This document shows, piece by piece, positions 1 through 19,163 of a stretch of 64,000 nucleotides of DNA (its first letter is position 1; each line of letters starts with the position of its first letter). Origin of the DNA: the human T2T-CHM13v2.0 reference genome, Homo sapiens; assembly GCF_009914755.1 (NCBI RefSeq), contig NC_060948.1; one strand, written 5' to 3'. Position numbers and translations under genes: made by a program. The notes beneath the pieces are model-generated. The model was not told the DNA's origin and ran no database searches. It saw only the letters and a list, made by a program, of their open reading frames with translations.

Positions 1-385
1 TGAAAGGCCAGTATGAATATACCTTCAAAGCAGCAACACAGGTTCCCCATGAGAAAAAGCAAACACAGGGAAAATAAAAACACAAAGGTTCAATCTCTTC
101 TGACCTTTGAAAGACACAGCACAGACAGTGGTCCTTAGGACGAAGAGCAGGAGACCCCTAATTCCGTCACCATGGCGATAGGGCATAAACATTGCTGGGT
201 GAGGGCACAATCCACATTGTGAGGTCCAACTGCTGCCAGGAAGACAGGAGTGCTTTTACATAGACCGAAAGGTCATTGAAGGCTCAGAGTTTTGTTTCAA
301 GAACTGAAACCCAAGCCCACACGTTATTAGGCTGCGCTTCTTAAAACAAGTTATGAGATGGGAAAAAGGGCACCCACAAACATAC
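1..385. repeat. HSATI-type segment, partial (window starts inside it)
   Basis: Near-identical to 2419-2803; ends at CACAAACATACG where the AT-rich domain begins. Confidence 0.75.
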
Positions 386-1938
386 GTATACATTATGTAT
401 ATAATAATATACAGTATCATATATATAATATATATAACCTATGTATAATATTGTTTTACATCCTGCATCTTATGTTATATATATTGTATAAAATATAATA
501 GTTGAAAATATATAAGTTTTATAATTATACAATATGACATATAGTATATATTATAATTTATGACATATATAATATATGTTATATGTCATATATAGAATAT
601 ATTATACGGTTAATATACGTATTAAATATAAATTATACATTATATATATTATATATAATATATCTGTTATATATAATACCCATTATGCATAATATATATA
701 TTATGTCTATGTTATATATAGTATAAAACAACATATAATAATATATAATTGTATATATAAAATGCGACATATAATATATATTATATTTTATAACATATGT
801 AATATATATTATATATTATATAATACGTTGTATGTATAATACCTATATTAAATATATATTATATGACTATGTTATTAATTACATGTCACATGTGTTATAT
901 ATTATATATTTTACATAGAATATACCGGTTACATACAATATATACTATGTTACCTATAATGTATAATTTATTACATGTAAAATAAAGAATGCAATATATT
1001 ATGTATAATTTATAATATACCATATGTGGAATGTGATATATATAACATATAATATATGATATATGATATACAGTATATGATATATAACATACAATATATG
1101 ATTCCTAATATATATGGTATACAATATATATTTTATGATATGTATTCTATATGTTTTATATTCTGTTATATATAACTATTTGAAATTATATATAACTGTA
1201 TAATATTTTATGTAAATATGTAATATAATATATATAACTATATAATATATTATATATAACTATATATTATGTTATATATACTTTTATAACATAATTTACA
1301 TAAAATATCATAATATAATATATATTATATTATTTCATATTACATAATATATATTACATATCACCCAATAAAACTAACATACATAATATTATAATATAGA
1401 TTATATTGTGTTATATTAAATATCATATATATCATGTATCATATATCCTATAATATATATTACACATTATATAATATGTATGTTGTCTATTATGTGATAT
1501 ATATAACTATATATATAATTATATTTTTATACATATAACTAGATAAACATGTAATTCTACATATTTTCATTTATAATATGTAGAATTATATAATCATATA
1601 TAATTATTTATATTCTATAAAAAATTTTATCATTATATAAATTATAATATATAAAAATTATAATATGTACTACAAATATATATATTATATATCATATATG
1701 ATATAGTACCTTTGTTATATTTCATAATACATATAAATGTGTATTATGTTATCTATAATTATATAATTTCATATATAAGATGTATAATGTGTATCATATA
1801 TTATATATGTTATGTAATATATATAGTATATATAAGATGACACAGGATAAATATTATATACTATGACATATAAAATATATGAGGTTATATGTTACATATA
1901 AGGCATAGCACAGAACATTTAATATATATCATATATAA
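386..1938. repeat. AT-rich low-complexity / degenerate (TA)n domain of the unit (representative; present in every unit at offset ~386-1938)
   Basis: About 1.55 kb made almost entirely of TATA/ATATT/ATAAT motifs with sparse G and C. Confidence 0.95.
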
Positions 1939-2230
<292 letters not shown>

Positions 2231-2803
2231 AGATCCATATTTTTTAAATGAAAAAAAATTTCAAAGGTACTCTGCTTGGTACAATAATCAAATGTATAAA
2301 CTGAGGAATAAAACATAACCATGAAACCTACTTATAACTGCATATGGAAAATACAGAGGATAATTTTTTAAATAACATATTTTGAAAGCCTTAACTAGTA
2401 ATTTGAAGAGTTGGCATTTGAAAGGCCAGTATGAATATACCTTCAAAGCAGCAACACAGGTTCCCCATGAGAAAAAGCAAACACAGGGAAAATAAAAACA
2501 CAAAGGTTCAATCTCTTCTGACCTTTGAAAGACACAGCACAGACAGTGGTCCTTAGGACGAAGAGCAGGAGACCCCTAATTCCGTCACCATGGCGATAGG
2601 GCATAAACATTGCTGGGTGAGGGCACAATCCACATTGTGAGGTCCAACTGCTGCCAGGAAGACAGGAGTGCTTTTACATAGACCGAAAGGTCATTGAAGG
2701 CTCAGAGTTTTGTTTCAAGAACTGAATCCCAAGCCCACACGTTATTAGGCTGCGCTTCTTAAAACAAGTTATGAGATGGGAAAAAGGGCACCCACAAACA
2801 TAC
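2231..2803. repeat. HSATI-type segment of the unit (representative full copy; follows every Alu)
   Basis: ~570 bp non-Alu, non-TA sequence between the Alu 5' end and the AT domain. The name comes from the known DYZ2 architecture, not from an alignment; boundaries are approximate. Confidence 0.75.
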
Positions 2804-4333
2804 GTATACATTATGTATATAATAATATACAGTATCATATATATAATATATATAACCTATGTATAATATTGTTTTACATCCTGCATCTTATGTTATATAT
2901 ATTGTATAAAATATAATAATTGATAATATATAAGTTTTATAATTATACAATATGACATATAGTATATATTATAATTTATGACATATATAATATATGTTAT
3001 ATGTCATATATAGAATATATTATACGGTTAATATACGTATTAAATATAAATTATACATTATATATATTATATATAATATATCTGTTATATATAATACCCA
3101 TTATGCATAATATATATATTATGTCTATGTTATATATAGTATAAAACAACATATAATAATATATAATTGTATATATAAAATGCGACATATAATATATATT
3201 ATATTTTATAACATATGTAATATATATTATATATTATATATAATACGTTGTATGTATAATACCTATATTAAATATATATTATATGACTATGTTATTAATT
3301 ACATGTCACATGTGTTATATATTATATATTTTACATAGAATATACCGGTTACATACAATATATACTATGTTACCTATAATGTATAATTTATTACATGTAA
3401 AATAAAGAATGCAATATATTATGTAAAATTTATAATATACCATATGTGGAATGTGATATATATAACATATAATATATGATATATGATATACAGTATATGA
3501 TATATAACATACAATATATGATTCCTAATATATATGGTATACAATATATATTTTATGATATGTATTCTATATGTTTTATATTCTGTTATATATAACTATT
3601 TGAAATTATATATAACTGTATAATATTTTATGTAAATATGTAATATAATATATATAACTATATAATATATTATATATAACTATATATTATGTTATATATA
3701 CTTTTATAACATAATTTACATAAAATATCATAATATAATATATATTATATTATTTCATATTACATAATATATATTACATATCACCCAATATAACTAACAT
3801 ACATAATATTATAATATAGATTATATTATGTTATATTAAATATCATATATATCATGTATCATATATTCTATAATATATATTACACATTATATAATATGTA
3901 TGTTGTCTATTATGTGATATATATAACTATATATAATTATATTTTTATACATATAACTAGATAAACATGTAATTCTACATATTTTCGTTTATAATATGTA
4001 GAATTATATAATCATATATAATTATTTATATTCTATAAAAAATTTTATCATTATATAAATTATAATATATAAAAATTATAATATGTACTACAAATATATA
4101 TATTATATATCATATATGCTATAGTACCTTTGTTATATATCATAATACATATAAATGTGTATTATGTTATCTATAATTATATAATTTCATATATAAGATG
4201 TATAATGTGTATCATATATTATATATGTTATGTAATATATATAGTATATATAAGATGACACAGGATAAATATTATATACTATGACATATAAAATATATGA
4301 GGTTATATGTTACATATAAGGCATAGCACATAA

Positions 4334-4648
<315 letters not shown>

Positions 4649-6774
4649 AGATCCATATTTTTTAAATGAAAAAAAATTTCAAAGGTACTCTGCTTGGTAC
4701 AATAATCAAATGTATAAACTGAGGAATAAAACATAACCATGAAACCTACTTATAACTGCATATGGAAAATACAGAGGATAATTTTTTAAATAACATATTT
4801 TGAAAGCCTTAACTAGTATTTTGAAGAGTTGGCATTTGAAAGGCCAGTATGAATATACCTTCAAAGCAGCAACACAGGTTCCCCATGAGAAAAAGCAAAC
4901 ACAGGGAAAATAAAAACACAAAGGTTCAATCTCTTCTGACCTTTGAAAGACACAGCACAGACAGTGGTCCTTAGGACGAAGAGCAGGAGACCCCTAATTC
5001 CGTCACCATGGCGATAGGGCATAAACATTGCTGGGTGAGGGCACAATCCATATTGTGAGGTCCAACTGCTGCCAGGAAGACAGGAGTGCTTTTACATAGA
5101 CCGAAAGGTCATTGAAGGCTCAGAGTTTTGTTTCAAGAACTGAATCCCAAGCCCACACGTTATTAGGCTGCGCTTCTTAAAACAAGTTATGAGATGGGAA
5201 AAAGGGCACCCACAAACATACGTATACATTATGTATATAATAATATACAGTATCATATATATAATATATATAACCTATGTATAATATTGTTTTACATCCT
5301 GCATCTTATGTTATATATATTGTATAAAATATAATAGTTGATAATATATAAGTTTTATAATTATACAATATGACATATAGTATATATTATAATTTATGAC
5401 ATATATAATATATGTTATATGTCATATATAGAATATATTATACGGTTAATATACGTATTAAATATAAATTATACATTATATATATTATATATAATATATC
5501 TGTTATATATAATACCCATTATGCATAATATATATATTATGTCTATGTTATATATAGTATAAAACAACATATAATAATATATAATTGTATATATAAAATG
5601 CGACATATAATATATATTATATTTTATAACATATGTAATATATATTATATATTATATATAATACGTTGTATGTATAATACCTATATTAAATATATATTAT
5701 ATGACTATGTTATTAATTACGTGTCACATGTGTTATATATTATATATTTTACATAGAATATACCGGTTACATACAATATATACTATGTTACCTATAATGT
5801 ATAATTTATTACATGTAAAATAAAGAATGCAATATATTATGTAAAATTTATAATATACCATAGGTGGAATGTGATATATATAACATATAATATATGATAT
5901 ATGATATACAGTATATGATATATAACATACAATATATGATTCCTAATATATATGGTATACAATATATATTTTATGATATGTATTCTATATGTTTTATATT
6001 CTGTTATATATAACTATTTGAAATTATATATAACTGTATAATATTTTATGTAAATATGTAATATAATATATATAACTATATAATATATTATATATAACTA
6101 TATATTATGTTATATATACTTTTATAACATAATTTACATAAAATATCATAATATAATATATATTATATTATTTCATATTACATAATATATATTACATATC
6201 ACCCAATATAACTAACATACATAATATTATAATATAGATTATATTATGTTATATTAAATATCATATATATCATGTATCATATATTCTATAATATATATTA
6301 CACATTATATAATATGTATGTTGTCTATTATGTGATATATATAACTATATATAATTATATTTTTATACATATAACTAGATAAACATGTAATTCTACATAT
6401 TTTCGTTTATAATATGTAGAATTATATAATCATATATAATTATTTATATTCTATAAAAAATTTTATCATTATATAAATTATAATATATAAAAATTATAAT
6501 ATGTACTACAAATATATATATTATATATCATATATGCTATAGTACCTTTGTTATATATCATAATACATATAAATGTGTATTATGTTATCTATAATTATAT
6601 AATTTCATATATAAGTTGTATAATATGTATCATATATTATATATGTTATGTAATATATATAGTATATATAAGATGACACAGGATAAATATTATATACTAT
6701 GAGATATAAAATATATGAGGTTATATGTTACATATAAGGCATAGCACATAACATGTAATACATATCATATATAA

Positions 6775-7066
6775 TTTTTTTTTAGACAGAATCTTGTCCT
6801 GTTGCACAGTGTGGGGTACAATGGCGCCATCTTTGCTCACTGCAACTTCTGCCTCACGGGTCCAAGCGATTCTCCTCCCTCAGCCTCCCAGGTAGCTGGG
6901 ACTACACCACACTGGGACTACACCAGCTGCCACCATGCCTAGCTAATTATTTGGATTTTTAGTAGTGACAGCGTTTCACTGTATTGGCCAGGATGGTCTT
7001 GATCTCTTCACCTTGTGATCCCCTTGCCTTGGCCTCCAAATTTGCTGGGATTACAGGCCTGAGCCA
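6775..7066 (-). mobile_element. Alu within unit 3
   Basis: Near-identical to 1939-2230. Confidence 0.93.
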
Positions 7067-9194
7067 AGATCCATATTTTTTAAATGAAAAAAAATTTCAA
7101 AGGTACTCTGCTTGGTACAATAATCAAATGTATAAACTGAGGAATAAAACATAACCATGAAACCTACTTATAACTGCATATGGAAAATACAGAGGATAAT
7201 TTTTTAAATAACATATTTTGAAAGCCTTAACTAGTAATTTGAAGAGCTGGCATTTGAAAGGCCAGTATGAATATACCTTCAAAGCAGCAACACAGGTTCC
7301 CCATGAGAAAAAGCAAACACAGGGAAAATAAAAACACAAAGGTTCAATCTCTTGTGACCTTTGAAAGACACAGCACAGACAGTGGTCCTTAGGACGAAGA
7401 GCAGGAGACCCCTAATTCCGTCACCATGGCGATAGGGCATAAACATTGCTGGGTGAGGGCACAATCCACATTGTGAGGTCCAACTGCTGCCAGGAAGACA
7501 GGAGTGCTTTTACATAGACCGAAAGGTCATTGAAGGCTCAGAGTTTTGTTTCAAGAACTGAATCCCAAGCCCACACGTTATTAGGCTGCGCTTCTTTAAA
7601 CAAGTTATGAGATGGGAAAAAGGGCACCCACAAACATACGTATACATTATGTATATAATAATATACAGTATCATATATATAATATATATAACCTATGTAT
7701 AATATTGTTTTACATCCTGCATCTTATGTTATATATATTGTATAAAATATAATAGTTGATAATATATAAGTTTTATAATTATACAATATGACATATAGTA
7801 TATATTATAATTTATGACATATATAATATATGTTATATGTCATATATAGAATATATTATACGGTTAATATACGTATTAAATATAAATTATACATTATATA
7901 TATTATATATAATATATCTGTTATATATAATACCCATTATGCATAATATATATATTATATCTATGTTATATATAGTATAAAACAACATATAATAATATAT
8001 AATTGTATATATAAAATGCGACATATAATATATATTATATTTTATAACATATGTAATATATATTATATATTATATATAATACGTTGTAAGTATAATACCT
8101 ATATTAAATATATATTATATGACTATGTTATTAATTACGTGTCACATGTGTTATATATTATATATTTTACATAGAATATACCGGTTACATACAATATATA
8201 CTATGTTACCTATAATGTACAATTTATTACATGTAAAATAAAGAATGCAATACATTATGTATAATTTATAATATACCATATGTGGAATGTGATATATATA
8301 ACATATAATATATGATATATGATATACAGTATATGATATATAACATACAATATATGATTCCTAATATATATGGTATACAATATATATTTTATGATATGTA
8401 TTCTATATGTTTTATATTCTGTTATATATAACTATTTGAAATTATATATAACTGTATAATATTTTATGTAAATATGTAATATAATATATATAACTATATA
8501 ATATATTATATATAACTATATATTATGTTATATATACTTTTATAACATAATTTACATAAAATATCATAATATAATATATATTATATTATTTCATATTACA
8601 TAATATATATTACATATCACCCAATATAACTAACATACATAATATTATAATATAGATTATATTGCGTTATATTAAATATCATTTATATCATGTATCATAT
8701 ATTCTATAATATATATTACACATTATATAATATGTATGTTGTCTATTATGTGATATATATAACTATATATATAATTATATTTTTATACATATAACTAGAT
8801 AAACATGTAATTCTACATATTTTCATTTATAATATGTAGAATTATATAATCATATATAATTATTTATATTCTATAAAAAATTTTATCATTATATAAATTA
8901 TAATATATAAAAATTATAATATGTACTACAAATATATATATTATATATCATATATGCTATAGTACTATTGTTATATTTCATAATACATATAAATGTGTAT
9001 TATGTTATCTATAATTATATAATTTCATATATAAGGTGTATAATATGTATCATAAATTATATATGTTGTGTAATATATATAGTATATATAAGATGACACA
9101 GGATAAATATTATATACTATGACATATAAAATATATGAGGTTATATGTTACATATAAGGCATAGCACATAACATGTAATATATATCATATATAA

Positions 9195-9486
9195 TTTTTT
9201 TTTAGACAGAATCTTGTCCTGTTGCACAGGGTGGGGTACAATGGCGCCATCTTTGCTGACTGCAAATTCTGCCTCACGGGTCCAAGCGATTGTCCTCCCT
9301 CAGCCTCCCAGGTAGCTGGGACTACACCACACAGGGACTACACCAGCTGCCACCATGCCTAGCTAATTTTTTGGATTTTTAGTAGTGACAGCGTTTCACT
9401 GTATTGGCCAGGATGGTCTTGATCTCTTCACCTTGTGATCCCCTTGCCTTGGCCTCCAAATTTGCTGGGATTACAGGCCTGAGCCA
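9195..9486 (-). mobile_element. Alu within unit 4
   Basis: Near-identical to 1939-2230. Confidence 0.93.
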
Positions 9487-11591
9487 AGATCCATATTTTT
9501 TAAATGAAAAAAAATTTCAAAGGTACTCTGCTTGGTACAATAATCAAATGTATAAACTGAGGAATAAAACATAACCATGAAACCTACTTATAACTGCATA
9601 TGGAAAATACAGAGGATAATTTTTTAAATAACATATTTTGAAAGCCTTAACTAGTAATTTGAAGAGTTGGCATTTGAAAGGCCAGTATGAATATACCTTC
9701 AAAGCAGCAACACAGGTTCCCCATGAGAAAAAGCAAACACAGGGAAAATAAAAACACAAAGGTTCAATCTCTTCTGACCTTTGAAAGACACAGCACAGAC
9801 AGTGGTCCTTAGGACGAAGAGCAGGAGACCCCTAATTCCGTCACCATGACGATAGGGCATAAACATTGCTGGGTGAGGGCACAATCCACATTGTGAGGTC
9901 CAACTGCTGCCAGGAAGACAGGAGTGCTTTTACATAGACCGAAAGGTCATTGAAGGCTCAGAGTTTTGTTTCAAGAACTGAATCCCAAGCCCACACGTTA
10001 TTAGGCTGCGCTTCTTAAAACAAGTTATGAGATGGGAAAAAGGGCACCCACAAACATACGTATACATTATGTATATAATAATATACAGTATCATATATAT
10101 AATATATATAACCTATGTATAATACTGTTTTACATCCTGCATCTTATGTTATATATATTGTATAAAATATAATAATTGATAATATATAAGTTTTATAATT
10201 ATACAATATGACATATAGTATATATTATAATTTATGACATATATAATATATGTTATATGTCATATATAGAATATATTATACGGTTAATATACGTATTAAA
10301 TATAAATTATACATTATATATATTATATACAATATATCTGTTATATATAATACCCATTATGCATAATATATATATTATGTCTATGTTATATATAGTATAA
10401 AACAACATATAATAATATATAATTGTATATATAAAATGCGACATATAATATATATTATATTTTATAACATATGTAATATATATTATATATTATATATAAC
10501 ACGTTGTATGTATAATACCTATATTAAATATATATTATATGACTATGTTATTAATTACATGTCACATGTGTTATATATTATATATTTTACATAGAATATA
10601 CCGGTTACATACAATATATACTATGTTACCTATAATGTATAATTTATTACATGTAAAATAAAGAATGCAATATATTATGTATAATTTATAATATACCATA
10701 TGTGGAATGTGATATATATAACATATAATATATGATATATGATATACAGTATATGATATATAACATACAATATATGATTCCTAATATATATGGTATACAA
10801 TATATATTTTATGATATGTATTCTATATGTTTTATATTCTGTTATATATAACTATTTGAAATTATATATAACTGTATAATATTTTATGTAAATATGTAAT
10901 ATAATATATATAACTATATAATATATTATATATAACTATATATTATGTTATATATACTTTTATAACATAATTTACATAAAATATCATAATATAATATATA
11001 TTATATTATTTCATATTACATAATATATATTACATATCACCCAATATAACTAACATACATAATATTATAATATAGATTATATTGTGTTATATTAAATATC
11101 ATATATATCATGTATCATATATTCTATAATATATATTACACATTATATAATATGTATGTTGTCTATTATGTGATATATATAACTATATATATAATTATAT
11201 TTTTATACATATAACTAGATAAACATGTAATTCTACATATTTTCATTTATAATATGTAGAATTATATAATCATATATAATTATTTATATTCTATAAAAAA
11301 TTTTATCATTATATAAATTATAATATATAAAAATTATAATATGTACTACAAATATATATATTATATATCATATATGATATAGTACCTTTGTTATATATCA
11401 TAATACATATACATGTGTATTATGTTATCTATAATTATATAATTTCATATATAAGATGTATAATATGTATCATATATTATATAAGTTATGTAATATATAT
11501 AGTATATATAAGATGACAAAGGATAAATATTATATACTATGACATATAAAATATATGAGGTTATATGTTACATATAAGGCATAGCACATAA

Positions 11592-11906
<315 letters not shown>

Positions 11907-14011
11907 AGATCCATATTTTTTAAATGAAAAAAAATTTCAAAGGTACTCTGCTTGGTACAATAATCAAATGTATAAACTGAGGAATAAAACATAACCATGA
12001 AACCTACTTATAACTGCATATGGAAAATACAGAAGATAATTTTTTAAATAACATATTTTGAAAGCCTTAACTAGTAATTTGAAGAGTTGGCATTTGAAAG
12101 GCCAGTATGAATATACCTTCAAAGCAGCAACACAGGTTCCCCATGAGAAAAAGCAAACACAGGGAAAATTAAAACACAAAGGTTCAATCTCTTCTGACCT
12201 TTGAAAGACACAGCACAGACAGTGGTCCTTAGGAGGAAGAGCACGAGACCCCTAATTCCGTCACCATGGCGATAGGGCATAAACATTGCTGGGTGAGGGC
12301 ACAATCCACATTGTGAGGTCCAACTGCTGCCAGGAAGACAGGAGTGCTTTTACATAGACCGAAAGGTCATTGAAGGCTCAGAGTTTTGTTTCAAGAACTG
12401 AATCCCAAGCCCACACGTTATTAGGCTGCGCTTCTTAAAACAAGTTATGAGATGGGAAAAAGGGCACCCACAAACATACGTATACATTATGTATATAATA
12501 ATATACAGTATCATATATATAATATATATAACCTATGTATAATATTGTTTTACATCCTGCATCTTATGTTATATATATTGTATAAAATATAATAATTGAT
12601 AATATATAAGTTTTATAATTATACAATAAGACATATAGTATATATTATAATTTGTGACATATATAATATATGTTATATGTCATATATAGAATATATTATA
12701 CGGTTAATATACGTATTAAATATAAATTATACATTATATATATTATATATATTATATCTGTTATATATAATACCCATTATGCTTAATATATATATTATGT
12801 CTATGTTATATATAGTATAAAACAACATATAATAATATATAATTGTATATATAAAATGCGACATATAATATATATTATATTTTATAACATATGTAATATA
12901 TATTATATATTATATATAATACGTTGTATGTATAATACCTATATTAAATATATATTATATGACTATGTTATTAATTACATGTCACATGTGTTATATATTA
13001 TATATTTTACATAGAATATACCGGTTACATACAATATATACTATGTTACCTATAATGTATAATTTTTTACATGTAAAATAAAGAATGCAATATATTATGT
13101 ATAATTTATAATATACCATATGTGGAATGTGATATATATAACATATAATATATGATATATGATATACAGTATATGATATATAACATACAATATATGATTC
13201 CTAATATATATGGTATACAATATATATTTTATGATATGTATTCTATATGTTTTATATTCTGTTATATATAACTATTTGAAATTATATATAACTGTATAAT
13301 ATTTTATGTAAATATGTAATATAATATATATAACTATATAATATATTATATATAACTATATATTATGTTATATATACTTTTATAACATAATTTACATAAA
13401 ATATCATAATATAATATATATTATATTATTTCATATTACATAATATATATTACATATCACCCAATATAAGTAACATACATAATATTATAATATAGATTAT
13501 ATTGTGTTATATTAAATATCATATATATCATGTATCATATATTCTATAATATATATTACACATTATATAATATGTATGTTGTCTATTATGTGATATACAT
13601 AACTATATATATAATTATATTTTTATACATATAACTAGATAAACATGTAATTCTACATATTTTCATTTATAATATGTAGAATTATATAATCATATATAAT
13701 TATTTATATTCTATAAAAAATTTTATCATTATATAAATTATAATATATAAAAATTATAATATGTACTACAAATATATATATTATATATCATATATGATAT
13801 AGTACCTTTGTTATATATCATAATACATATAAATGTGTATTATGTTATCTATAATTATATAATTTCATATAAAAGATGTATAATATGTATCATATATTAT
13901 ATATGTTATGAAATATATATAGTATATATAAGATGACACAGGATAAATATTATATACTATGACATATAAAATATATGAGGTTACATGTTACATATAAGGC
14001 ATAGCACATAA

Positions 14012-14326
<315 letters not shown>

Positions 14327-16426
14327 AGATCCATATTTTTTAAATGAAAAAAAATTTCAAAGGTACTCTGCTTGGTACAATAATCAAATGTATAAACTGA
14401 GGAATAAAACATAACCATGAAACCTACTTATAACTGCATATGGAAAATACAGAGGATAATTTTTTAAATAACATATTTTGAAAGCCTTAACTAGTAATTT
14501 GAAGAGTTGGCATTTGAAAGGCCAGTATGAATATACCTTCAAAGCAGCAACACAGGTTCCCCATGAGAAAAAGCAAACACAGGGAAAATAAAAACACAAA
14601 GGTTCAATCTCTTCTGACCTTTGAAAGACACAGCACAGACAGTGGTCCTTAGGACGAAGAGCAGGAGACCCCTAATTCCGTCACCATGGCGATAGGGCAT
14701 AAACATTGCTGGGTGAGGGCACAATCCACATTGTGAGGTCCAACTGCTGCCAGGAAGACAGGAGTGCTTTTACATAGACCGAAAGGTCATTGAAGGCTCA
14801 GAGTTTTGTTTCAAGAACTGAATCCCAAGCCCACACGTTATTAGGCTGCGCTTCTTAAAACAAGTTATGAGATGGGAAAAAGGGCACCCACAAACATACG
14901 TATACATTATGTATATAATAATATACAGTATCATATATATAATATATATAACCTATGTATAATATTGTTTTACATCCTGCATCTTATGTTATATATATTG
15001 TATAAAATATAATAATTGATAATATATAAGTTTTATAATTATACAATATGACATATAGTATATATTATAATTTATGACATATATAATATATGTTATATAT
15101 CATATATAGAATATATTATACGGTTAATATACGTATTAAATATAAATTATACATTATATATATTATATATAATATATCTGTTATATATAATACCCATTAT
15201 GCATAATATATATATTATGTCTATGTTATATATAGTATAAAACAACATATAATAATATATAATTGTATATATAAAATGCGACATATAATATATATTATAT
15301 TTTATAACATATGTAATATATATTATATATAATACGTTGTATGTATAATACCTATATTAAATATATATTATATGACTATGTTATTAATTACATGTCACAT
15401 GTGTTACATATTATATATTTTACATAGAATATACCGGTTACATACAATATATACTATGTTACCTATAATGTATAATTTATTACATGTAAAATAAAGAATG
15501 CAATATATTATGTATAATTTATAATATACAATATGTGGAATGTGACATATGTAACATATAATATATGATATATGATATACAGTATATGATATATAACATA
15601 CAATATATGATTCCTAATATATACGGTATACAATATATATTTTATGATATGTATTCTATATGTTTTATATTCTGTTATATATAACTATTTGAAATTATAT
15701 ATAACTGTATAATATTTTATGTAAATATGTAATATAATATATATAACTATATAATATATTATATATAACTATATATTATGTTATATATACTTTTATAACA
15801 TAATTTACATAAAATATCATAATATAATATATATTATATTATTTCATATTACATAATATATATTACATATCACCCAATATAACTAACATACATAATATTA
15901 TAATATAGATTATATTATGTTATATTAAATATCATATATATCATGTATCATATATTCTATAATATATATTACACATTATATAATATGTATGTTGTCTATT
16001 ATGTGATATATATAACTCAATATATAATTATATTTTTATACATATAACTAGATAAACATGTAATTCTACATATTTTCATTTATAATATGTAGAATTATAT
16101 AATCATATATAATTATTTATATTCTATAAAAAATTTTATCATTATATAAATTATAATATATAAAAATTATAATATGTACTACAAATATATATATATTATA
16201 TATCATATATGATATAGTACCTTTGTTATATATCATAATACATATAAATGTGTATTATGTTATCTATAATTATATAATTTCATATATAAGATGTATAATA
16301 TGTATCATATATTATATATGTTATGTAATATATATAGTATATATAAGATGACACAGGATAAATATTATATACTATGACATATAAAATATATGAGGTTATA
16401 TGTTACATATAAGGCATAGCACATAA

Positions 16427-16741
<315 letters not shown>

Positions 16742-18848
16742 AGATCCATATTTTTTAAATGAAAAAAAATTTCAAAGGTACTCTGCTTGGTACAATAATC
16801 AAATGTATAAACTGAGGAATAAAACATAACCATGAAACCTACTTATAACTGCATATGGAAAATACAGAGGATAATTTTTTAAATAACATATTTTGAAAGC
16901 CTTAACTAGTAATTTGAAGAGTTGGCATTTGAAAGGCCAGTATGAATAAACCTTCAAAGCAGCAACACAGGTTCCCCATGAGAAAAAACAAACACAGGGA
17001 AAATAAAAACACAAAGGTTCAATCTCTTCTGACCTTTGAAAGACACAGCACAGACAGTGGTCCTTAGGACGAAGAGCAGGAGACCCCTAATTCCGTCACC
17101 ATGGCGATAGGGCATAAACATTGCTGGGTGAGGGCACAATCCACATTGTGAGGTCCAACTGCTGCCAGGAAGACAGGAGTGCTTTTACATAGACCGAAAG
17201 GTCATTGAAGGCTCAGAGTTTTGTTTCAAGAACTGAATCCCAAGCCCACACGTTATTAGGCTGCGCTTCTTAAAACAAGTTATGAGATGGGAAAAAGGGC
17301 ACCCACAAACATACGTATACATTATGTATATAATAATATACTGTATCATATATATAATATATATAACCTATGTATAATATTGTTTTACATCCTGCATCTT
17401 ATGTTATATATATTGTATAAAATATAATAATTGATAATATATAAGTTTTATAATTATACAATATGACATATAGTATATATTATAATTTATGACATATATA
17501 ATATATGTTATATATCATATATAGAATATATTATACGGTTAATATACGTATTAAATATAAATTATACCTTATATATATTATATATAATATATCTGTTATA
17601 TATAATACCCATTATGCATAATATATATATTATGTCTATGTTATATATAGTATAAAACAACATATTATAATATATAATTGTATATATAAAATGCGACATA
17701 TAATATATATTATATTTTATAACATATGTAATATATATTATATATTATATATAATACGTTGTATGTATAATACCTATATTAAATATATATTATATGACTA
17801 TGTTATTAATTACATGTCACATGTGTTATATATTATATATTTTACATAGAATATACCGGTTACATACAATATATACTATGTTACCTATAATGTATAATTT
17901 ATTACATGTAAAATAAAGAATGCAATATATTATGTATAATTTATAATATACAATATGTGGAATGTGACATATGTAACATATAATATATGATATATGATAT
18001 ACAGTATATGATATATAACATACAATATATGATTCCTAATATATATGGTATACAATATATATTTTATGATATGTATTCTATATGTTTTATATTCTGTTAT
18101 ATATAACTATTTGAAATTATATATAACTGTATAATATTTTATGTAAATATGTAATATAATATATATAACTATATAATATATTATATATAACTATATATTA
18201 TGTTATATATACTTTTATAACATAATTTACATAAAATATCATAATATAATATATATTATATTATTTCATATTACATAATATATATTACATATCACCCAAT
18301 ATAACTAACATACATAATATTATAATATAGATTATATTATGTTATATTAAATATCATATATATCATGTATCATATATTCTATAATATATATTACACATTA
18401 TATAATATGTATGTTGTCTATTATGTGATATATATAACTCAATATATAATTATATTTTTATACATATAACTAGATAAACATGTAATTCTACATATTTTCA
18501 TTTATAATATGTAGAATTATATAATCATATATAATTATTTATATTCTATAAAAAATTTTATCATTATATAAATTATAATATATAAAAATTATAATATGTA
18601 CTACAAATATATATATATTATATATCATATATGATATAGTACCTTTGTTATATATCATAATACATATAAATGTGTATTATGTTATCTATAATTATATAAT
18701 TTCATATATAAGATGTATAATATGTATCATATATTATATATGTTATGTAATATATATAGTATATATAAGATGACACAGGATAAATATTATATACTATGAC
18801 ATATAAAATATATGAGGTTATATGTTACATATAAGGCATAGCACATAA

Positions 18849-19163
<315 letters not shown>

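Noticed and set aside
130-221. Small inverted repeats GTCCT-T-AGGAC and CACAAT-CCAC-ATTGTG
   Set aside because: Stems of 5-6 bp are expected by chance; no supporting context.
386-1938. TATA boxes, polyadenylation signals or an organellar AT-rich control region
   Set aside because: Such motifs are inevitable at this base composition, and there are no adjacent genes, tRNAs or rRNAs.
12596-12820. 74 aa Ile/Tyr-rich ORF
   Set aside because: Translation of TA-rich low-complexity DNA, opened by chance stop-removing substitutions in U6 only.
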